From a bacterium (GTDB lineage Bacteria; Patescibacteriota; Microgenomatia; UBA1400; UBA12108): DNA of 64,000 nucleotides. The stretch covers positions 137,962 through 201,961 of the forward strand of contig JAJYKS010000001.1 of the NCBI GenBank assembly GCA_021788365.1. Direction: 5' to 3'. Positions 39,904 to 48,800 of this stretch are shown piece after piece. The position numbers and the translations under genes are program-made. The notes beneath the pieces are model-generated. The model did not search any database. It was not told the origin of the DNA and was given only the letters and a program-made list of their open reading frames with translations. Position 1 is the first letter of the stretch. Each line of letters starts with the position of its first letter.

Positions 39904-41433
39904 TCAAACGTTCCATGTTAAATAGGGATGAAAAAGGTCGATATTTCTGAAAATAGTGCTGTAGAAAATCATAGCTCGTTCATCGTCTCCATCTGCTTCC
40001 CTCAGCTTATCCTTTAACCTTGCTTGCAGTGGACTAATTCTGTGGTTATTACGGTTGAGATAGATTTCAATGTCTCTTCCGAACATTGCCGTCCCCTGGT
40101 TAAGCTTATCCTCAATCTCGGCAAGAAGTGGAACCATGTCATTAAACCCAGATTCGAAATATGGGTGGGTGAAAGCCTGGAAACCATATGATGTAAGGAA
40201 TTCAGGAGGCACATTTAAGAGCCTACCATTTTGTTGCATCTTCTTAAAAACTAGAGTGTCTGGCTCCATCATCATATTAGATACTATGAACCCTGAAGGG
40301 TTCAATTCTTGAAGCTGGTCAATCTCATGTCCTATGTTTTGTCTGCTATGCCAATCGTGACCAATGATAAATGTGGTAGCGATTTTGACACCTGCTGATT
40401 GATATTCCTTAATTTCTTCTTTGAGGTCAACATTATCATTTTTTGCATATGGATTAAGCATTGATTCAACGCCAATATTGACACAGGTAACACATAAATC
40501 TCCCTCAGTTATTTCTGCAGGCGAATATTGTTTTAGTATTTTTGAAGATGTGGTAGTAGCAAGTTCGACCGTATATCCTAAGTTGCGGCATCTCTTAAAT
40601 ATTTCTTTCCAAGTGGGAATATCACCCATACCTTGAGGATCAGCTAAGGAGAGAGAAATGACTTCATCTTCTTTTCCCAGCATTCTGTGTGCATAGTCTA
40701 TGGCTGAAATGATTTCATCTGCAGAATGGGGAGCGGTGAACTTGCCTTTGAATTGTGCCGTGGCTGGGCAGAAGTCACACTGATAGAAGCACCCATAACT
40801 AGACATCATCACGCCTATGGTGCTATTTTTAGCTTGGTTGCTGTAGGTAGTTTGGGTATGAGATGGTACGACGGATACCTTGAGTGGACGGCTGTCTTCG
40901 CCCAATAGCTTTCTTAAATCATCGATTTGGTTACCTTTAAGTGAGTAGTCTGATAATTGTGAAGTCTCCGGGATGGTAGCGCCAACTGCACCAGCTATTA
41001 TTTTTATTTCAGGGTGAACTTTACGTAAATGTTCGCTAATATCCCGAAAAACGCTATAGCCATTAAGGTAGATGGAAACAACTAAAGCTTTAATGTCTGG
41101 CTCATTTTTTAGTGTTTTTTCGAGATTTTCGATTGATATAGGATCTCGAATAACGATCCCATCTTTTTGAGTATTTATATTTAAGAAATTACCTGGTGGA
41201 TTCTCAGGCGCCCACGAAAAGGAAAAATTCTCACCTGCTTGTCTTTCTTTTAAAGCAGATATGTGTTCTTCTAAGAAATTTGCATCATAGAATTGTGGGT
41301 TTCCCCGCTGGATATATTCTCTCCCAACCTGATCAAGGTATTCAAGCTGCTTTGCTCTATTAGTTGTATTGTAGTCATACGATTGAGCGACTCCATATGC
41401 TATGGGACCTTCAATGACTGTCTCTTTTTGCAT
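39904..41433 (-). CDS. Radical SAM enzyme with probable cobalamin-binding-like N-terminal domain
   Basis: HPEIKIIAGAVGAT, SYGCFYQCDFC, NIGVES, FIIGHD. Confidence 0.75.
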   Translation of the reverse strand: MQKETVIEGPIAYGVAQSYDYNTTNRAKQLEYLDQVGREYIQRGNPQFYDANFLEEHISALKERQAGENFSFSWAPENPPGNFLNINTQKDGIVIRDPISIENLEKTLKNEPDIKALVVSIYLNGYSVFRDISEHLRKVHPEIKIIAGAVGATIPETSQLSDYSLKGNQIDDLRKLLGEDSRPLKVSVVPSHTQTTYSNQAKNSTIGVMMSSYGCFYQCDFCPATAQFKGKFTAPHSADEIISAIDYAHRMLGKEDEVISLSLADPQGMGDIPTWKEIFKRCRNLGYTVELATTTSSKILKQYSPAEITEGDLCVTCVNIGVESMLNPYAKNDNVDLKEEIKEYQSAGVKIATTFIIGHDWHSRQNIGHEIDQLQELNPSGFIVSNMMMEPDTLVFKKMQQNGRLLNVPPEFLTSYGFQAFTHPYFESGFNDMVPLLAEIEDKLNQGTAMFGRDIEIYLNRNNHRISPLQARLKDKLREADGDDERAMIFYSTIFRNIDLFHPYLTWNV

Positions 41434-41532
41434 GTGGTATATTATATACTAACCTTATAAGGTTATATTTATACGTTAAATAAGTCATATACTATAGGGA
41501 GTTGGGTCAAAGTCAATTTCCAGTCAGAGCAA

Positions 41533-42522
41533 ATGAAAAAAATAATATCGAACATACCACCGATGGAATGGGGCAGCGCATCAAAACTCATGGATGACAG
41601 GCCAGCAGTTCTTATTACCAGCCGTACAGCACTGAAAGTATCGCAACCCTTTATAAATAACATTAACATTAATGAAACAGTTATTATTGAAAATAGTCAT
41701 CGCGAGTATGTAGAGTCAATTCAAATTAAAAGACAGGATATCGCTATAGCCTATTTAGTAGGAGCAGGTCAAGTTAATGATATAGGGCGATATCTATCCT
41801 ACAAATGGCAATTGCCTGTAATAAGTATTCCTACCGCGATAACTGCAGATGCTTTTCTAGTAGATTGTACTGGGTTAAGAGAGAACAGAGGAGTAACGTA
41901 TCAGCCATCAAAAAGAGCGAATAAAATTGTACTTGATTGGGAATTGTTAAAAAAAGCACCTTGGAATATCAATGTCAGTGGCTGTGGAGATGTACTATCA
42001 ATTTTTACTGGACTTTGGGACTGGCAACATTTCGATGAATTTTACGATGTGGCTGTAGCAACCGAAGCAAAAGGTATTCTTGATGCTTTAATTAGCCAAA
42101 AAAACTCGATCGTTCGGCCTTCTCAAAAAGCATTGGAAATGCTCGTGAATTGCTTAGCAATGGAAGTTCAGTTGTGTTATCTATATGGTAATAGCAGGCC
42201 AGAAGAAGGTGGTGAGCACTTTTTCGCTTATTGTATAGAAAACAAGATAGGGCATTGTTTGCATGGTGAGATTGTGGGTTTTGGTATCCTTTTGACAGGC
42301 TTCTTGCAAAATCAAGATATAACCCAGATTAAAAACTTTATGGATACGATTAGTATGAGCTATTTACCTAGTAATATTAATGAAAAGGTGGTTATAGATA
42401 CACTAAGAGAACTACCCCAATATGTCAGAGAACAAAATTTGCGTTCTAGCATCTATAATAATTTTAACTATGATCAATCTAAGGAGAAGATAAAGTCTTT
42501 CTTTAAGTTAATAAACCTATGA
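41533..42522 (+). CDS. Glycerol-1-phosphate dehydrogenase-like (DHQS/Fe-ADH superfamily) enzyme
   Basis: GAGQVND, SIPTA, GCGDVLS..WDW, SRPEEGGEH, LHGEIVG. Confidence 0.75.
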   Translation: MKKIISNIPPMEWGSASKLMDDRPAVLITSRTALKVSQPFINNININETVIIENSHREYVESIQIKRQDIAIAYLVGAGQVNDIGRYLSYKWQLPVISIPTAITADAFLVDCTGLRENRGVTYQPSKRANKIVLDWELLKKAPWNINVSGCGDVLSIFTGLWDWQHFDEFYDVAVATEAKGILDALISQKNSIVRPSQKALEMLVNCLAMEVQLCYLYGNSRPEEGGEHFFAYCIENKIGHCLHGEIVGFGILLTGFLQNQDITQIKNFMDTISMSYLPSNINEKVVIDTLRELPQYVREQNLRSSIYNNFNYDQSKEKIKSFFKLINL

Positions 42523-43193
42523 ACATTAAAACTAAATTTAACGAGGAGCTACTAATTGGTTTGGAGCGACAACCAACCAAAAAGGCTGTGCTATTGTTTT
42601 CTGGTGGAATTGATAGCACTGCTGCGGGAATTTTACTGAAAGAAAAAGGCTATCGAGTATTTCCACTATTTATCGATTATGGTCAAAGTTCGTTGGCAGC
42701 AGAACAATTAGTTGTTAACAAAATTGCTATCAAATTAGGTTTTGAGCCTGTTAGAGTCATAACTACTGAATTGCTCAAACAACTAACGAAAAGTAATCTC
42801 TTGGGTAAAGAGGCAGTCGATGATAGCCAAGCTTGGGTTCCAGGAAGAAATACTTTATTCATGATCATTGCCGGCATTTTTGCAAAGCAGGTTGATGCTG
42901 ACGGGGTATGTATTGGTTATATGCTTGATGACAATTTTGTTTTTGGAGATAATGATTATTTTCATCATAAGAATGTTGAGCAATTATTATCCAAGTCTTT
43001 TTTACAACCAATGGAAGTATTTATGCCTATTGTTAGTTACAGGAAAAAGGATTTAGTCACGCTTCTTATGGAGAAAGGCTTGTTAAGTGATACTGTTTCG
43101 TGTTGGAATGCTAAAGTAGTTAGGGGTAAGGTGGTTTCTTGCGGAAGTTGTGCGAATTGTTTAGAGAGAAATAGCTTGTTGGTTGTTAAATAA
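42519..43193 (+). CDS. queC: 7-cyano-7-deazaguanine (preQ0) synthase
   Basis: LLFSGGIDST PP-loop, DYGQ, WVPGRN, SCW..CGSCANC..R. Confidence 0.88.
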   Translation: MNIKTKFNEELLIGLERQPTKKAVLLFSGGIDSTAAGILLKEKGYRVFPLFIDYGQSSLAAEQLVVNKIAIKLGFEPVRVITTELLKQLTKSNLLGKEAVDDSQAWVPGRNTLFMIIAGIFAKQVDADGVCIGYMLDDNFVFGDNDYFHHKNVEQLLSKSFLQPMEVFMPIVSYRKKDLVTLLMEKGLLSDTVSCWNAKVVRGKVVSCGSCANCLERNSLLVVK

Positions 43194-43223
43194 AATAAAA
43201 ATTATAGCTTTATATGTACCGGT

Positions 43224-43601
43224 ATGGCAGAATTTAAAATCGAAGTTGGAACACGATTTAAAGTAAATCCGGGAGTTTTTAAGAACTCTGGAATAGAAAG
43301 GGTTATCTTAAACCCTAAGCCCCATAACAATCGAGACGAAATTCTTGCCGCCCTATTTGTATCAGAACCTGACTGTATGTTATATCAGTTTCATGAGTTG
43401 TCTGCTGGATATATCTGGAATTTAGGTAAAGTGCCAAAATTGTCGAACGACGAAATTATTCGATATCTAGAAACATCTTTGAGAATCGGTAGGATTTCTG
43501 CTGGACAAATGAGGGATGTTAAACAACAAATCAGAGATGGTATATCAAAAAGGAATATTGTAATTCAGCGATTAGATAGCATTTTGGAAAGAGCTTATTG
43601 A
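43224..43601 (+). CDS. Hypothetical protein
   Basis: 125-aa ORF directly after queC. Confidence 0.5.
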   Translation: MAEFKIEVGTRFKVNPGVFKNSGIERVILNPKPHNNRDEILAALFVSEPDCMLYQFHELSAGYIWNLGKVPKLSNDEIIRYLETSLRIGRISAGQMRDVKQQIRDGISKRNIVIQRLDSILERAY

Positions 43602-43659
43602 TTGCTCTCCATTAGTCACAATGTGTGCTGTGCGATATACTCCTAACTACTAATAAAAA

Positions 43660-44295
43660 TTACTGCAATATTGGCTTTAGGCTAGGCATTCCAACTTGTT
43701 TTAGTAGAAGAATATACTTCTTTGCGATTCTATCGAGTTCCTTCAAGGCGTTGTTGTATTTTTCTAAACTTGGCGGATTTGGAACTGATGGATCCCGATG
43801 AGCAATGGCTTTATCGACGTAAGCTTTAATTCCCGAAGTCGCTTCTGACAATATCTTAATATCTTTGTCTATGATCGCGGGATCTAAGAACTGATCACCA
43901 AAATGATTGTTAAACTCTGTTGCCGGTATCCCCCTGATAAAACCAGCTAATTCAGGATTATCTTTGAGAAGACTTGAGTCGGTGAGCCATTCTTTAACAT
44001 ACCAATCTTTCGTAATCAGTGTGTTATTCTTCCTCATTCTTAGCAGGAGTTTCATCAGACTTATTTCGGAAGATTTTTGGTCATTAGTAATTTGTCTTCT
44101 CACGGAGGTTAGCATGTCAGAGTAATGACTTTTCGTTACAGTGGTACGTATATGTGGATCAATATCCGATTCGTGCAATTTTGGAATTGTTATTCTAGTG
44201 AAAACATCCTCTTTATAGAGGATGTCTGTTATTTCTTCTGAAATTATTTCTAGATCGTATTTAAGTTTTTTTATAAATTCTTCTTGCATGCCCAT
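43660..44295 (-). CDS. AbiU2-like HEPN-fold protein
   Basis: All-helical; ISLMKLL segment and YVDKAIAH at the position of the Rx4-6H motif (degenerate). Confidence 0.5.
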   Translation of the reverse strand: MGMQEEFIKKLKYDLEIISEEITDILYKEDVFTRITIPKLHESDIDPHIRTTVTKSHYSDMLTSVRRQITNDQKSSEISLMKLLLRMRKNNTLITKDWYVKEWLTDSSLLKDNPELAGFIRGIPATEFNNHFGDQFLDPAIIDKDIKILSEATSGIKAYVDKAIAHRDPSVPNPPSLEKYNNALKELDRIAKKYILLLKQVGMPSLKPILQ

Positions 44296-44301
44296 AAAAA
44301 C

Positions 44302-45804
44302 TCATTTCGACTTTTCCAGGTAATCTTTTATCACCATCGTGGCCTTACAGTCGTCTTCGTTATAGTCAATAATACGCCGTAATTTAGTTGGGTTTTTATC
44401 TTTTAAGTATTCGTTAAACCACTGAATAGAAAGCGCACCTGATGGAGATATATCACGCCATGAAAACCCAAGGTACTTGGCAATATCTTTGAGAGAGTAA
44501 CTATATAACGGCCAGTCTGTCATCTTGAGAATGTATTGACTATACAAATCGATTGCACGTTCCGGAGACAGCAGGTAATCTAATTCTTCGAGCAAAATTA
44601 CGTCTGGATATTGCTTCTGCATTCTATGGTAGGTTGTAACTTCGTGATGCGAATAGTAATAAAGACACCATTTATCCTGGGGCAGGTTCTTGAGGTAACT
44701 AATAAATCCTTTCCATGCTTGCTCTTCTGCTTCTGGAGTCTTTTCTTTGGCTACGAAAGGGATAAATCTTGAGCCGTTGGGAGACCTCTCGTAGACTCCA
44801 TGAAGATAAACAAAGCTTTGAGTCGGATCATCTTCGATATCGAAATAAAGTTCATAATCAACTTGTGGGAAGTGGATTTCGCCGTTAACTACTGGTTTCT
44901 TGATATCAGCTAGAACCTTTGCTCTAGTTTGTAATTTCTTGAGAGTCGGTTCACCAATTCCCCGTAGAAAGGATTTATTTCCTGCCTTTTTTCCCATCGC
45001 AATGGCAATATCAAGATCACGCAGTTCTTCTACTGTTTTTAGCTCAAGATCATGAGCTAGCGTTCCCCTTATACTTCGGCCCAGGTAAAAGAGTGTTGTT
45101 AAATCGTGATTCTTTGTACACCACCCCTTACAACTATCGTACCAAGGACAGAGCTTACACGCGCCACTTAACGCTGGCTCATTCCTTGCTTCGTTATTTA
45201 ACAGATGTCGTACCTCGTTTTTGGTTTCTTGATATAAATCCCACCAAGTTGCGTGATTGCGAACACCCATTGGCTTACCCAGCTCATACAGAGTCTCATT
45301 GTGATCTATATCGTAGATTATCCCCATCTTATCTTTAGCGAATCCTAGGGCGATAAGCACCTCTGCGTAGAGGGCAAGTTGGACAGCGTAGTGCTTTTTG
45401 GGTTTACCGGGATTTTCCTCTTCTTCGCTGACGCCTTCTAGCCCTCTTCCACTTTTAATATCGATGGGCAAGTACGTTCCATCTGGCATGAGGCGGAGCA
45501 GATCTGGTTCTCCTGCAAGATCGTTATAACGGATATAGCCATGATAAATAAGAGGGGTTTTATTCCTCATTGCCTCTAAAGTACGAGCAAATTGTGTATC
45601 TTTGTCGGGATTGCTCAGATCAAGTATTGCCCCAATACCGCCAATAACATCTTTCTCATGTTGGACACCTTTCTCCCAGAGCATCTCCACAAATGGATTT
45701 GTTTCTTTTATCTTTTCTTCCTGAGGACCATATAAATCTCTCCATGGTCTATGGGGACACTGGAGGTATGCATAGAGCTTGGAGGGTGTTATTAAATAAG
45801 TCAT
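44302..45804 (-). CDS. TM0106-family RecB/Cas4-like nuclease with RNase H-like C-terminal domain
   Basis: YLQCP, GEPDLL..PIDIKSG, QLALY, C..CPW...C, YFDIE, YSLKDIA, YNEDDC. Confidence 0.85.
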   Translation of the reverse strand: MTYLITPSKLYAYLQCPHRPWRDLYGPQEEKIKETNPFVEMLWEKGVQHEKDVIGGIGAILDLSNPDKDTQFARTLEAMRNKTPLIYHGYIRYNDLAGEPDLLRLMPDGTYLPIDIKSGRGLEGVSEEEENPGKPKKHYAVQLALYAEVLIALGFAKDKMGIIYDIDHNETLYELGKPMGVRNHATWWDLYQETKNEVRHLLNNEARNEPALSGACKLCPWYDSCKGWCTKNHDLTTLFYLGRSIRGTLAHDLELKTVEELRDLDIAIAMGKKAGNKSFLRGIGEPTLKKLQTRAKVLADIKKPVVNGEIHFPQVDYELYFDIEDDPTQSFVYLHGVYERSPNGSRFIPFVAKEKTPEAEEQAWKGFISYLKNLPQDKWCLYYYSHHEVTTYHRMQKQYPDVILLEELDYLLSPERAIDLYSQYILKMTDWPLYSYSLKDIAKYLGFSWRDISPSGALSIQWFNEYLKDKNPTKLRRIIDYNEDDCKATMVIKDYLEKSK

Positions 45805-48800
45805 TTTTCAAATAAATAGTCAGCTTCTAACGCTTTATTCACTATTTTTTCACCATAAGCTTGCTGCTTATCAGTCAGATGACCTTTTCGTGAAAGATAT
45901 ACCCCCAAAGAAAAACAGAATCTATTCTCAAATGAACTAAATTTGCCCGTTGTCTTTCCCCAATGAGCTAGGGCGAACCAATATTCCTTCTTAGTAAAAA
46001 GGTTGGCGGGAATAGTATTAACAAAAAGCCTTGTTTGTTTATCGTTTTTCTTTTTCAATTTTTGTTTAGCTCTCGATATTTTCGGGTTTGACTCTACGAC
46101 TTTTAGTACGGCGTTTGCGTCGGCTTCCTCGGAAGCTAATACCGTGATGTTGGTATCTAATTCTTTGTCTTCGATTGGATATTGTTCTATTTTTCGCTCA
46201 GTATTTGTTGGCTGTTTAGCTAATGACGCTAAGATATTATCAATAGCTTCCTCAGGGTTCCGATAAAATATGCTTGCAGTCAATCGCTCTACATCCCATT
46301 GAGTTATTCTTTCTATAGTAGCTTGGCGCTGGTAGTGTTCAGGTGGCAGTTCACCAGAGTCATCAAACTTAAAATCTCCATCACATTCTAGTGCCAATGT
46401 GCGCCCTTCTTTATCAAAGAGTACCTGGTCTATTCTATAACCACCACATTCAAATTGAGTTACTACATTTATCCCTCTTCCTCTGATAATATTGCAAACG
46501 TCTTCTTCAAACATGCTATCAAAATGATCATCTTTAGGCTTCAGTGGATCAGAATACGTTTCTTGAATATGAATAGCATGTTCCATGAATGACTTAATTA
46601 ATTTACCAGGGAATTGGCTAGGTTTTCTCGAAGTGAAAATTATTGCTTTTCTTCTGGCACGTGTAAAAGCAACATTCATGCGCTTAAAACCTTCTTCATT
46701 TACGCCGCCCTCTATACTGGTTACACTCCCTGCTTTACCGTCTGGAGCTGATCTCATAGAGTATAGGATTACGTCTCTCTCATCACCCTGGAAACCGTCA
46801 ACTGTTCTTGACTGAATACCAAAATTTACGATATCATCTGGCGATAAGTTTTGATAAATAAGTTCGCTTATATAATCAGCTTGCTGTCTAAATGGAGAAA
46901 TAACTCCTAGAGACAGACCATTCATTGAACGATCTGAAACTAATTCTTTAAGTGTTAACAATACCTCATTAGCTTCAATTCTGTTGATCTTAGCTTCGGT
47001 ATCTTCAGATCCGGAGTCTATATACCGCACCTCCATTGGGGGATTGAACCTGTTCTCCCAAATGGGGGTCATGATTTTCATCATATTGTTATAAACATTC
47101 TTATTTGACCAAGCGATGATGGTGGGATCACAACGAAAATGCTCGATTAAGGGGATAGGTGGTGTTGCAGCTTGCGCGAAAGTGAGGAGCGAGAATTCTT
47201 TACAGTCAAAAAATTGAGATTTATCGTGATTTAGCAAATTGTATTTTCGTTGGAGCGTATCCGTAATACCTTTTTGCAAGAAGCGAAGACTTGCGCTCGG
47301 CAATTGCTTTTCATCCCCTACGATAATTGCATTTTTTGCGCGATAAAAGAGATGTGGTATCGCAGTCTGACTGCATTGAGATGACTCATCTACGATTACG
47401 TAGTCGAATAAACCCTTCTGGAGGGGAAAATATCTAGAAATATCATCAATGCTGACAATCCAACAAGGGAAATAATATAGGACTTGAGAAAAATCTATTG
47501 AATCTTTCTTTTTAAGGAAAGAGAGGGTTTTCTTTTTCTTACCCAGGAGTTGTTTTAGCTTCACTAGATTCGCATTCGCCAAACGACTACCACTAGCCTC
47601 ATGAAGCGATTTTAGTCTAGTGAACAAAATATACTTATGAATGAGTGCCTTGTTTTTACTTTCTATTTGCTTGATCGTTTTTGCAATCAACCCAGGAGTT
47701 TCCGTAACTACATCGCCATATAATCGCATTAGCCTGTGACATTCAACAATATTTTCTATTTCAAGCAGTTTTTTTGGTACGGCATAGTTATTTTGAATAA
47801 GGAGCTCTTGAATTATTTTCAAAGATTTTGGAATAGTAAGTAACTTTCCAGCTACGACCTGATAGCGATGGAATTGCTTAAATTTTTCCGTACTATCCTC
47901 AATGCGTCTCAGCATGTCTTGAACAGAAACTGGAGACGTCCAGTCAGGAAGTTCAAGGATTGGTGTACTAGTCGAAGATAGTTTTCTATAGTTGTTTATA
48001 CTTTCGATGCATAATTTTATATCTAACAAAGAACGCTCAGAGTCTATATCAAAAGTTTTATTAAAAAGCTCATCAAGGTTATGCTCTCGTAATTCTGAGA
48101 ACAATTTAAATAGCTTAAGAATATCTTGGAGAAGTTTATAAAAGCTACCATACTCTTTGATATTGCATAATTCAACAGATATTAATTCATATGAAGAGAT
48201 TTCTGTTTTTACGGCCTCTATATTGAGAAGAGTTTTTTTAATGTTTATTATTCCTTCTATCTTTTGTATTAAGAGAGGTTTTACACGCTTGTCTATTTGC
48301 GAAATTCCAAAAATACTGGCTATATACTCATGCGCTAAAACTGATTTTTTATCAACAAACTTAGATAGTAGGTGTAAGCTGGATTTTTTAATTATTTCCA
48401 AGTTCTGTTCTAAGTCGAAAAGAGTGTATCGTGTGTTTTCTGCGAGTGGAAGCAGTTCGTTTAAGTTTGGATGTTTGTCGATACAATAATTGCTAGCTTT
48501 TACTAGTTTAAGCAGCTTATCGTATTCCAGCTTGGAAAGCTTAACGATTTGGTCAACTACTGCTGTCCGGTCGGCAATTAAGGGTACATCATTTTTGAAT
48601 TCTGATATGGTATCTTTATATTTTAATAGTATATCTAGATAGGAAATAACTTTCTTGAAGTCTTTACTTACGCCAAGAATATCTTTGAAAAGCTTAGTGT
48701 CAAAATTTGTTGATGTAGATTTCGTAAGCACCTTGTTTAGATTGCTAGCCATTTTGTTTAAGGTATCGATGTTGACTTCAACTTGCTTAATCGTTAGTTT

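Noticed and set aside
41533-42522. 2-deoxy-scyllo-inosose synthase (BtrC-like)
   Set aside because: Motifs GCGD..WDW and SRP..G.EH fit the G1PDH branch rather than DHQS-like cyclases.
34030-43193. Canonical queuosine operon or dpd DNA-modification island
   Set aside because: No tgt, queA, queF, queG/H or dpdA/B/C recognised in the window; they could still exist elsewhere in the genome.
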